A stretch of DNA of 42,520 nt from a virus (IMGVR_UViG_3300045988_013082:1-42520), one strand, 5' to 3'; numbered from the stretch's first letter, positions 17,874 through 25,021 are shown. Notes: generated by a model from the letters alone, not told the origin. Made by a program: numbers and translations.

Positions 17874-17901
17874 AAATCCCCGCCCGTTTGGGTGGGGATT
17901 T
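17874..17901. terminator. Bidirectional terminator between convergent genes
   Basis: A 12-bp stem, AAATCCCCGCCC-gttt-GGGTGGGGATTT, has A-rich and T-rich flanks. It sits between the stops at 17870 (+) and 17904 (-). Confidence 0.7.
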
Positions 17902-17903
17902 TG

Positions 17904-18419
17904 TTATAGCTTTACGCCTTTTATATGCTTATCGTAGTATGTAGCGGCTACCGCCATAGCCGCCCACATGTCCGCGGAGAACCCGAAAAAGAATCCCGGC
18001 TGTTTCTTTGTGCCCTTGCCAAAGTTCGGCTGTGCGGGCGCGTATCGATCAACTAGGGCCTGACGGATATTGCTATCCTTTGCGTTGGGAGAGCCGCAGA
18101 TGTCGAGCTTTTCTTCCCGGCGGAAGATTTTTGCCATCGCCCGGAATTCTTGATTTAGGGCAAGCTGCCAGAAACGCCCGATCCAAACACAGGTATCAAA
18201 CACCTCTTGTCCTACTGGCATACCCATCCCGGCAATCATTTCGATTACAAAATCAAAATTCTCGCTTTCTGCGCCTTTTGCGATGATCTCCATGATCTCA
18301 TTGTTCTCGATCTTCCCAGCTTTTCGGATTTTGGTTATGTCGTTCTGGTCGTACTCTGCGATAACATAGCCACTTTTGATGTTTCCGGGGTCTATTGCGA
18401 GGATGACGCCTATCTCAAT
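17904..18419 (-). CDS. RuvC-like Holliday junction resolvase (RNase H fold) with a probable non-canonical start
   Basis: The ATG ORF is 17904..18293. The same frame stays open 126 nt further upstream and encodes IEIGVILAIDPGNIKSGYVI, the catalytic-Asp motif. No ATG, GTG or TTG occurs after the in-frame TAA, so an ATT (18419) or ATA start is implied. Confidence 0.55.
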   Translation of the reverse strand: MEIGVILAIDPGNIKSGYVIAEYDQNDITKIRKAGKIENNEIMEIIAKGAESENFDFVIEMIAGMGMPVGQEVFDTCVWIGRFWQLALNQEFRAMAKIFRREEKLDICGSPNAKDSNIRQALVDRYAPAQPNFGKGTKKQPGFFFGFSADMWAAMAVAATYYDKHIKGVKL

Positions 18420-18675
18420 CGCCCCCTTTCGTCCTTCTGCGGCTTACTGTGGTTTTGTTTTCTGTTGTGTTCATAAGGCCGCGATACTCAGGGCGAAAGG
18501 CGCATTCTTCTAAAGTGCATCTTTCACAGTTTCCGAAAAATGGGCAGCGTACTTTCTGCGCCCTTCGGAGCGTCCGAGCCGCAGTAGATCGGTTGATTCC
18601 GTACTTTCTGGCGATTTCTCCGGTCGTCATGCCGGAATTATAGAGCTTTAGAAATTCCGCTTGCCTTTCTGTCAC
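18415..18675 (-). CDS. HTH (sigma-70 region 4/LuxR-like) protein with a C-terminal Cys cluster
   Basis: GTG start 7 nt after GGAGG. The product contains MTTGEIARKYGINRSTAARTLRRA followed by CPFFGNCERCTLEEC. Confidence 0.6.
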   Translation of the reverse strand: MTERQAEFLKLYNSGMTTGEIARKYGINRSTAARTLRRAQKVRCPFFGNCERCTLEECAFRPEYRGLMNTTENKTTVSRRRTKGGD

Positions 18676-18849
18676 CTAATCGCCTCCATCTTGCTTTCCG
18701 GGCATAAGAATTATCGATTCGATCATCTTCCCGGTCAGGTTCGCGGCAACATCCACGGAGAGCCCGTTTCTCAAAAGCGTATTGAAAAAACTTGCGACAC
18801 TTTCTGCGAGTGCGTTCATTGAATCCACCATTTTACAGTTTTCTATCAT
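18676..18849 (-). CDS. Small hypothetical protein (57 aa)
   Basis: ATG at 18849 after GGAGGAGGA. The longer ORF-track version (to 18954) has an implausible Arg/Trp-rich N-terminus. Confidence 0.45.
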   Translation of the reverse strand: MIENCKMVDSMNALAESVASFFNTLLRNGLSVDVAANLTGKMIESIILMPGKQDGGD

Positions 18850-18973
18850 CCTTTTCGTCCTCCTCCAAACATTCCTCGCACGGCAGCGGCCCGTTCTCAT
18901 CCGAATCCAGAAACCGTTCATAGAGATCGCACCACCACGCGATGCAGGATTCACAGCTATTACAGTTCTTCAT
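18833..18973 (-). CDS. Possible small Cys-rich ORF (46 aa)
   Basis: Manual translation gives MKNCNSCESCIAWWCDLYERFLDSDENGPLPCEECLEEDEKDDRKL. It fills the gap after the 18989 stop. Confidence 0.3.
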   Translation of the reverse strand: MKNCNSCESCIAWWCDLYERFLDSDENGPLPCEECLEEDEKDDRKL

Positions 18974-18988
18974 CACTGTCACCATCCT

Positions 18989-19324
18989 CTATCCGTCGAT
19001 GATTGACGCAAAAGGTATCGCCTTGCAAAACGTGTACGGGTTCACCTCGTTATCCTGTGCACACAGAAAGGCCGCATTGCACGCTACGTGCCACAGAGAC
19101 GGCAGGCCAGATTCCTCATCAATGTGCATCGGATCATTCCAAATCGCCAGCACATGGCGCAGCAGCGCCTCGTGCCACCGTTCCGGGGCAATGTGCTTCC
19201 AGTTCTCAGGATCGGTGTACTTTCTGTCCCCGAAATCCCGTACTCTGGCCACCGCCTCAATGAGTTCCGGCGGCACACGGGAGAGCTTCAGTTTCCCGTT
19301 GTCGTCTTTCGTTCCCTCGATCAT
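18989..19324 (-). CDS. All-alpha NTP pyrophosphohydrolase-like protein (DUF5664 / phage dATP-dGTP diphosphohydrolase type), tentative
   Basis: ATG 19324 overlaps the upstream stop as ATGA. The product is 111 aa. The pattern DNGKLKLSRVPPE...VRDFGDRKY..ENW...W.EALLRH...DEESGLPSLWH fits my recollection of that family. Confidence 0.5.
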   Translation of the reverse strand: MIEGTKDDNGKLKLSRVPPELIEAVARVRDFGDRKYTDPENWKHIAPERWHEALLRHVLAIWNDPMHIDEESGLPSLWHVACNAAFLCAQDNEVNPYTFCKAIPFASIIDG

Positions 19325-19533
19325 TCCATAACCGCCTTTCTGACCGCATAGAGCTTGATTTCCAGCTCCGTGATTTTCTCCTTGATCTCCTTGTATTCCT
19401 TCTCGTCTACCTCCGCAACAGAGATCACCTTGTGGCATTTCCGGCATTCGTACCGTCTCCGTTGCAGTATGCCGTTCTTTTTGTAAGGCCGGACTTCCAG
19501 CGAGTAAAACTTTCCGCCACAGCTGCATATCAT
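19321..19533 (-). CDS. Zinc-ribbon protein with an NrdR-like N-terminal pattern plus a coiled coil
   Basis: ATG 19533 (ATGA overlap). The product is MICSCGGKFYSLEV...RRRYECRKCHKVISVAEV followed by a charged helix. Confidence 0.5.
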   Translation of the reverse strand: MICSCGGKFYSLEVRPYKKNGILQRRRYECRKCHKVISVAEVDEKEYKEIKEKITELEIKLYAVRKAVME

Positions 19534-19850
19534 CTGTCCCACCAGTCCTTTATCAGGTCGTTCCGCTCAAAAAACGGCTGGAAGTACCCGCCGCAGACCT
19601 TTTTGAGCACATAATCGATCCTCGCAATCGCTTCGTCGGATTCCGGCCTGCACTGCCATGCGACGCCGTACTCGGATTCCAGCTGCGTCAAGGTCTCCAT
19701 CAGCTTCTTCGCCTTTTCGGGCGTGCGGACGAAACCGCACTCATAGGCCGCCACCAGAAGAAGGTCACACGCCTTCTGCGTCCCGGCGTCCACACCGGCG
19801 TCAAAATACTGCTTGTTGCTGCTTCTGATCCGCTTTGCCAGCTTTTCCAT
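19530..19850 (-). CDS. Hypothetical protein
   Basis: 106-aa ORF with a GAGAAGGAGG RBS. Confidence 0.55.
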   Translation of the reverse strand: MEKLAKRIRSSNKQYFDAGVDAGTQKACDLLLVAAYECGFVRTPEKAKKLMETLTQLESEYGVAWQCRPESDEAIARIDYVLKKVCGGYFQPFFERNDLIKDWWDR

Positions 19851-19974
19851 TCCGCGCCTCCTTCTCGCTCATCGCCTTTACCGCTCCGAACATCAGCAGA
19901 TACGCCTCTCTCCGCTCATCCGTATCGATCGGAAGATACGGGGCCGTCAGCTTCCATGCCTCCATGTACGTCAT
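19801..19974 (-). CDS. Possible small ORF (57 aa)
   Basis: The ATG overlaps the ThyX-like stop as ATGA, and the first ~40 codons fill the 19851-19970 gap. The tail overlaps the next gene out of frame. Confidence 0.3.
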   Translation of the reverse strand: MTYMEAWKLTAPYLPIDTDERREAYLLMFGAVKAMSEKEARNGKAGKADQKQQQAVF

Positions 19975-20570
19975 GCCTTGCCCCTCGCTTTCCGGAACAG
20001 ATCGTTGTACTTGTCATACCGAGCCTGAATGTTCGTGCTCGCGATCTCCGGATGAAACTTCAGCCACCATTCATACATCCCGCACGGATGAAGCTCCGGG
20101 CATCCACATCGATAGACACAGTTCGGGACGAGCACGTCGGCAATCTCCGGCTGGATCTCATGCAGCTTGGTCTTGAAGTCCTCGGCGTAGGCCCGCGTTT
20201 CCGGAGCAGCCTGACTGCACAACCGCTTACGCATCGTGTCGATAAGCGCCTGAACGTTCGCCTCGCCGACGAAATTGACTGGCGCATCCTGTGTCAGCTT
20301 ATCACGCGGAATTCCCGTGCGGTCGCTCCTCTGGGTTGAGATGAAGCACTCCCATTTGTGCCTAGACCAGTGCGTAGCAATCCAGCTCTTGATCCCGTTC
20401 CACATCCACTTGACCGAGATCGTGCGGATCGGCCCATGCTCTGCAATCAGGATTCTGCGCTTGAAATCCTCGCTTGGCTCATGCCCGAGCGGCGGTTTCC
20501 CAACCGTCGCCCGGCAATCGTCTACAACCTCTTCCCATGATCCCTTGATCTTCTTGATTTCAGTGTTCAT
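19971..20570 (-). CDS. ThyX-like (flavin-dependent thymidylate synthase fold) protein, divergent
   Basis: ATG 20570 after GGGAGGAA. The product is 199 aa. AEHGPIRTISVKWMWNGIKSWIATHWSRHK...STQRSDR and NVQALIDTMRKRLCSQAAPETR parallel the ThyX core motifs, but the RHR signature reads RHK and the Ser spacing is shifted. Confidence 0.55.
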   Translation of the reverse strand: MNTEIKKIKGSWEEVVDDCRATVGKPPLGHEPSEDFKRRILIAEHGPIRTISVKWMWNGIKSWIATHWSRHKWECFISTQRSDRTGIPRDKLTQDAPVNFVGEANVQALIDTMRKRLCSQAAPETRAYAEDFKTKLHEIQPEIADVLVPNCVYRCGCPELHPCGMYEWWLKFHPEIASTNIQARYDKYNDLFRKARGKA

Positions 20571-20581
20571 TGTTCCTCCCA

Positions 20582-20974
20582 TCAAATCGCGCCAAAGATT
20601 CCCGGCATCATCCCAATGCTGGATTTCCCGGTCGCGTAGTCCAGCATCCGCACCATGTCATAGCAGCGCGAGAGTTGTCCAGTCACAGAGTCCATCTGCT
20701 GCACCTGATAGAAAAGGTCATAGCATCGCTCCGTCGCGCTCTCCCGATCTGCGCCGTACAGCAGTGAGATTCCGTTCAGCATCGTCTGGTATTCATCAGT
20801 GTGCAACCCCTTCACCCTTTCCAGTATTGCGTATAGCTCCGACGCAGTTTTCTCCACGTCCGGCGCTTCCTTTGGCTCGCCCAGCTTGATCTTCGGAATC
20901 CCGCCATGCAGCAGTGCATCAATGTACGTCAGCACCAGCTCCCGCATTTCCTTTGCATCTTTCGGTTTATCCAT
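20582..20974 (-). CDS. Hypothetical protein
   Basis: ORF 20582..21034. I prefer the ATG at 20974, which lies 9 nt after GGAGG. Confidence 0.5.
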   Translation of the reverse strand: MDKPKDAKEMRELVLTYIDALLHGGIPKIKLGEPKEAPDVEKTASELYAILERVKGLHTDEYQTMLNGISLLYGADRESATERCYDLFYQVQQMDSVTGQLSRCYDMVRMLDYATGKSSIGMMPGIFGAI

Positions 20975-21062
20975 TTTCATTTCCTCCATCCATTTTCGCC
21001 CCGCAGTATGGGCAGTAAAGTGCCTTTTCAGCATCCTCGCGCCGGATATGTTTGTCAGCCAT
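20967..21062 (-). CDS. Possible small zinc-ribbon ORF (31 aa)
   Basis: Manual translation gives MADKHIRREDAEKALYCPYCGAKMDGGNENG. The start overlaps the upstream stop (ATGGCTGA) and the end overlaps the next start. Confidence 0.3.
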   Translation of the reverse strand: MADKHIRREDAEKALYCPYCGAKMDGGNENG

Positions 21063-21282
21063 CGTCATCATCTCCATACTGTTTGTCGTATTCCTCTGGC
21101 GGAATAAACGTAACGTCCTCGCCTGTATAGCCGAGCTGATCAAGACACATCATTTCGAGCAATGCATTCTTATCAATGCTACGTTCCAGTTCTTCGCGTG
21201 GAATCTCTGCCTCGGAATCGAATTTCATTTCTGCCCCGAACTCACCTCTGACGCTGAAACACACACGATTTTCAAACATCAT
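21055..21282 (-). CDS. Small acidic hypothetical protein
   Basis: 75-aa ORF with a CAGGAGGG RBS and a C-terminal DDDDG. Confidence 0.5.
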   Translation of the reverse strand: MMFENRVCFSVRGEFGAEMKFDSEAEIPREELERSIDKNALLEMMCLDQLGYTGEDVTFIPPEEYDKQYGDDDDG

Positions 21283-21550
21283 TTACCCTCCTGTTCCAAG
21301 CCTCTTCGGCTTTTGCTTCTAGAGTTTTGTCCGTCGTAACCCAGTCTGGAAACTGAGAGCAGCGTGTCCACGGGTCATCCATAACACGACCACCAATAGC
21401 GCCTCCACGCGCGTGGCAGGTGTTGCATCGGACAGAATAGGTGTGCATTTCTACGCGCATATCAAGACCATTCCACCCGGCAAGCCGCGACTTTCGTTCT
21501 ATTTTGAGTTTCGTGCCGCCGCAGAACGGGCACGGCTTTAACTTATCCAT
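21272..21550 (-). CDS. lar: Lar-family restriction alleviation protein
   Basis: ATG 21550 after GGAGGTG. The product has MDKLKPCPFCGG...C..CHARG...EAKAEEAWNRR, the characteristic Lar zinc-ribbon and AWNRR ending. Confidence 0.65.
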   Translation of the reverse strand: MDKLKPCPFCGGTKLKIERKSRLAGWNGLDMRVEMHTYSVRCNTCHARGGAIGGRVMDDPWTRCSQFPDWVTTDKTLEAKAEEAWNRRVNDV

Positions 21551-21767
21551 CCCGCACCTCCACATTTGCTTTTTCCAGAAGATCGTTCAGTCCATTATTG
21601 TCACTGGAACCGACAAAGTCCCCGTTCTCGTCGTAGTACAAGTATGCGGTGTATGGCCTAGCCTCAATTCCGGTGTATTTCCGGAGCAGGTCGTGTGCAT
21701 CTTCAACGCCAAACGTGCAGGCTTCTTCGAGTTCCGCCCGTTGGGCTTTGGTTATGCTCCTATTCAT
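21543..21767 (-). CDS. Hypothetical protein
   Basis: 74-aa ORF with 8-nt overlaps on both sides. Confidence 0.5.
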   Translation of the reverse strand: MNRSITKAQRAELEEACTFGVEDAHDLLRKYTGIEARPYTAYLYYDENGDFVGSSDNNGLNDLLEKANVEVRDG

Positions 21768-22269
21768 CCTTCTTGCCCTCCATTTCCGCCAGCGCCTTTT
21801 CAGCTTCTTCGCGGGTTAAAAATACGGTTTTGCCAAATCCATTTAGCGCTACGCCATACTTCCGCCCTCTGGCCCCTATTGGCTCAAGGCCAACAAATCC
21901 GATCTCATTAAGGCCGATTTGCTTGACCTCGCACTCGCTTATATGCTTATCCGTGTCCAGCAGGGCAAACACCCGCTGACCTACCTTGCACGGCAGGACG
22001 ATCACGTGCCCCTCTTGATCTGCCACAGCCAGCTCCCGCAGGCGGGTATATCTGCAAAAGCTCTCCAAATCGGCAAGCCTCATGAGCTTTAACGCAATCT
22101 CGTCCGCCTTATCTTTCGGCAGGACTTCCTCCGGCTCAAGCCCTGTTGCCTCATAGGCTTTCAGCCTCTCCCAGACATGCTTTTGGCTGCAACCATCCTT
22201 GTATGGGAACGTTGGATACCCGCACCGCGCAATCTCGCAGAAGCTTCCCTCAAAGGTCAGTCGTTCCAT
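21760..22269 (-). CDS. Hypothetical protein
   Basis: 169-aa ORF with an AAGGAGGA RBS. Confidence 0.6.
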   Translation of the reverse strand: MERLTFEGSFCEIARCGYPTFPYKDGCSQKHVWERLKAYEATGLEPEEVLPKDKADEIALKLMRLADLESFCRYTRLRELAVADQEGHVIVLPCKVGQRVFALLDTDKHISECEVKQIGLNEIGFVGLEPIGARGRKYGVALNGFGKTVFLTREEAEKALAEMEGKKDE

Positions 22270-22281
22270 CCTTAGTCCTCC

Positions 22282-22593
22282 TTATCCTGCGTCGCGCACG
22301 CGGAAGAAAACCGTGATGTTCAGTTCGTAGTCGTTCTCAATGATGAGCCGAACACTGTTTTCCCGCCACTGCGAACCGTGGTCATAAGATTGCGATACCA
22401 TACGAGCAACGATCTGGTTCACGATTTCCGTCGCCGTTTCCCTTGATACGCCTTGCTGAAACTTGAAAAAGGTGAATCTATAGCCGAAATCAGTTTGCAG
22501 CTTTTCGTAGTAAACATCAATTTCGTCATCAACCTTGAGCCGCAGCGTGGATGGGATGAATTCGTCGCTTGGAATATAAAATTCAATTTTCAT
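22282..22593 (-). CDS. Hypothetical protein
   Basis: ATG 22593 after AAAGGAGGA. The product is 103 aa. Confidence 0.55.
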   Translation of the reverse strand: MKIEFYIPSDEFIPSTLRLKVDDEIDVYYEKLQTDFGYRFTFFKFQQGVSRETATEIVNQIVARMVSQSYDHGSQWRENSVRLIIENDYELNITVFFRVRDAG

Positions 22594-22909
22594 GATTATC
22601 CTCCTTTTTCCGGCGTTGAATCCATTCCGCAATTGACGCCAGAATGTACTTTTTCCCGATGTAGTCGCAGTAGCTCATTTCTATCTGAGCACCAGTGCTG
22701 AGGAACCAATCCCGCAAAAACAGAACCCTGTCCGCCACATCGATCATGGCGAAGCAGATGCGCATATAGTCCTTCGGTTCCATGCCCTCCGGCAGCGTGG
22801 CCGGATTGAGCACGATGTGCCCCTGTGCTTCGATCTGGCGCTGTGCATCTGCAAATTTCGTCCGATAATCCGGATCGCCGGTGATCTTCCCGGCTATGTA
22901 GATTTTCAT
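22583..22909 (-). CDS. DUF4406 / nucleoside 2-deoxyribosyltransferase-like protein
   Basis: MKIYIAGKITGDPDY...HIVLNP...VADRVLFLRDWFLSTGAQIEMSYC is the typical DUF4406 pattern. The RBS is GAGGAGGA. Confidence 0.65.
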   Translation of the reverse strand: MKIYIAGKITGDPDYRTKFADAQRQIEAQGHIVLNPATLPEGMEPKDYMRICFAMIDVADRVLFLRDWFLSTGAQIEMSYCDYIGKKYILASIAEWIQRRKKEDNHEN

Positions 22910-22921
22910 GGTTCGTCCTCC

Positions 22922-23164
22922 TCACAGTGTCGACGCCGTATGCACCGGATGCGGCTCAAAAAGCAGCCGCGTCAATCGCTCGTTTTCCTCCCGCAGCTCG
23001 GCAATCTCCTTCTGGTCACGCTCGATCTGGTCAATGCAATGCTTGAATAGCACACCGATGCAGGTCGATTCATCCTTTTGCAACTCTACCGGGCACGTTT
23101 TGCACGGATAATCGTTGCTGCAATACCGCAGCGCCTTGACCAGTTCTTCCGGTTTCAAATTCAT
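22922..23164 (-). CDS. Hypothetical Cys-containing coiled-coil protein
   Basis: ATG 23164 overlaps the upstream stop (ATGA). The product is 80 aa, with CSNDYPCKTCP followed by a charged helix. Confidence 0.5.
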   Translation of the reverse strand: MNLKPEELVKALRYCSNDYPCKTCPVELQKDESTCIGVLFKHCIDQIERDQKEIAELREENERLTRLLFEPHPVHTASTL

Positions 23165-23853
23165 TTCAGAACCCCCGCTTTCCGTCCGAAATTCTCCGCC
23201 CCCCATTGTTCCGCCATCGCTGCCGCGATTCCTTCAAATGTCTTTGCCCTGTTTTTTGCTCTGTCTGTCGTGAACATTCCTTTATGCTGGTTGCCGTGTT
23301 TATGGCTATATGACCCAGACGGGCACCATGTTGCGGTCGGCTCTACTATTTGCGTCGGTATCAGCGGTGGGAGATTCTTTAACCATAGGCACGTTCTTTT
23401 TGTATATGGATGCCCGAATTGATACGGCTGAATTGTCTGCGTATATTCCGGCATTGCAAATACGCGGCTCGGAATCGGATTTTCTACCGCTATTCTCGGA
23501 ATATCAGCAAGCCAAAAGCGCATGAAAAAATCTCTCGCTTGAATCCCTAGTATTACGCGGTCGGCTTGTAATTGATGCCCTTTCCAAAGATGCCTCGCAC
23601 CCGCATTGCTAAGATACGTACACGGCGGATGCGCAATCAGCAAATCCCATTGTGTAATCCCGTGCATTTTCCCGTCCATTGTCCGAAATTCCGAACACTT
23701 TCCGTCTATCAGTTTCAGCGCATCCCCCATGACGTGCCATTCAGGATGGCCGCCGGACGGCTCCTGAATATCGCATGAGTACGCTTCGTGCCCTCGTGCC
23801 CGGAATGCTTTGCACACCTCCTGCGATTCCTCACAAGCTACCAGCACTTTCAT
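23161..23853 (-). CDS. C5-cytosine DNA methyltransferase-like protein lacking a recognisable motif I
   Basis: 230 aa. HPPCTYLSNAG resembles motif IV (PC) and AVENP resembles motif VI (ENV). The N-terminus reads VLVACEESQEV instead of FxGxG. Confidence 0.5.
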   Translation of the reverse strand: MKVLVACEESQEVCKAFRARGHEAYSCDIQEPSGGHPEWHVMGDALKLIDGKCSEFRTMDGKMHGITQWDLLIAHPPCTYLSNAGARHLWKGHQLQADRVILGIQARDFFMRFWLADIPRIAVENPIPSRVFAMPEYTQTIQPYQFGHPYTKRTCLWLKNLPPLIPTQIVEPTATWCPSGSYSHKHGNQHKGMFTTDRAKNRAKTFEGIAAAMAEQWGAENFGRKAGVLK

Positions 23854-24053
23854 TTCAGCAACCCCGCTTTCCGTAGCCGCTCCACGCTCTTACACCGCTT
23901 CTTCGCGTCCGCAGTGTAGGCGTCGCGGCTCCGTTCAACTTCTCTCGCCCGATATTCCGCCTGTTTTGCTTCCTCGTATTCCAGATAAGGCGCGAACCTG
24001 GTGTGACATTCCGCTGGACGCCTCGGGCAGTCCCTCTCACACGGCGGCTTCAT
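23850..24053 (-). CDS. Small Cys-containing hypothetical protein
   Basis: 67-aa ORF that overlaps both neighbours. Confidence 0.45.
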   Translation of the reverse strand: MKPPCERDCPRRPAECHTRFAPYLEYEEAKQAEYRAREVERSRDAYTADAKKRCKSVERLRKAGLLK

Positions 24054-24414
24054 CCGAGATCACCACCCTCATGTAATTTTCGTCGTGGAAAAAGCTATGT
24101 TTCTCTCTGTAATGCCGCCGGTCATCGTTCCGGAGCAGCCAGCCTTTGATCGCATCCACGGTCATTTTCTCGATCGCCGCATGGTTGTCGACGTCCATGC
24201 GGGTGTTGTGCCAGAAGGAAATCGATACCGGCTTTTCAAACAGCCGAACCGAAATACCCTGTTGTCTCAGGCACAGCCGCACAAACGTCTCAAGATCTCT
24301 TGCGTCCGCCGCCCGGACGCAAGGTTTCTTTCCGGCCCAATAGGCGTTGAATCCATAGCGCTTCGTCCACGCGCTCTTGCGGGCAGGATATGGAACAGTG
24401 AACTCAATCGTCAT
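24037..24414 (-). CDS. rusA: RusA-family Holliday junction resolvase
   Basis: 125 aa. The MDVDNHAAIEKMTVDAIKGWLLRNDD motif is typical of RusA (D.DN...K...D.......DD). Confidence 0.7.
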   Translation of the reverse strand: MTIEFTVPYPARKSAWTKRYGFNAYWAGKKPCVRAADARDLETFVRLCLRQQGISVRLFEKPVSISFWHNTRMDVDNHAAIEKMTVDAIKGWLLRNDDRRHYREKHSFFHDENYMRVVISDEAAV

Positions 24415-24625
24415 TTACGGCCTCCGGCAGAACCCCGCGTCGCTGATGCCGCTTATTAGCATCCTTCAGCAGCATTTCCGTGCCGCCATCGTCTTTTATT
24501 TTCACAGTCTTGCTATATTTAATTTGGGTTCCGTTGAGATGTAGCGTGGTAACTTTGTTGTTCCCATGAATCACCGACAGTATTGCGAATCCGGCGTCGT
24601 CCGGTAAATCAAGCGTGATCTTCAT
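24404..24625 (-). CDS. Hypothetical protein
   Basis: 73-aa ORF in the gene string. Confidence 0.45.
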   Translation of the reverse strand: MKITLDLPDDAGFAILSVIHGNNKVTTLHLNGTQIKYSKTVKIKDDGGTEMLLKDANKRHQRRGVLPEAVNDD

Positions 24626-24950
24626 GTTCTTCCTCCTTCGGCGCCCACAGGTGGCAGTTATAACGGGACAGTTCTCCCGGCTTCGGCTTTACGCGGCATT
24701 TTTTACCGCAGTTGTCACAGTTTTTTTCAGAAATCACGGCAAGGGATTCAATCGCATCCTCGCACAGCAGCTGTTGTTCGTCCGCCGCTTGACGGGCGGC
24801 GTCGCGCTCCTTTTTGATCTCATCCAGCACATGGTTTAGCCGGAGGATTTCGCGGGCCTGTTCGTCGGTGTGAATTTGAAGCTCGTAGAGCTTCGATGGG
24901 TTTTCACAGTGCTTGCAGGCGATTGCCCGCGCCAGTTTTTCGAGAAGCAT
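24609..24950 (-). CDS. Hypothetical coiled-coil/Cys protein
   Basis: 113-aa ORF with CKHC and CDNCGKKC motifs around a coiled coil. Confidence 0.5.
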   Translation of the reverse strand: MLLEKLARAIACKHCENPSKLYELQIHTDEQAREILRLNHVLDEIKKERDAARQAADEQQLLCEDAIESLAVISEKNCDNCGKKCRVKPKPGELSRYNCHLWAPKEEEHEDHA

Positions 24951-25021
24951 TTTCCGTTCCTTTCCCGCTGCATCTGCGCAGCGTTCCGCGCGGCTAAATA
25001 GCCGCAGTTCGTCGTTTTCAT

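Noticed and set aside
18293-18675. HTH-resolvase fusion by programmed frameshift as an explanation for the start-less RuvC-like N-terminus
   Set aside because: The resolvase frame is +1 relative to the HTH gene and there is no recognisable +1 shift site. A fusion of these two functions has no precedent that I know of. A rare start codon or a sequence error is more economical.
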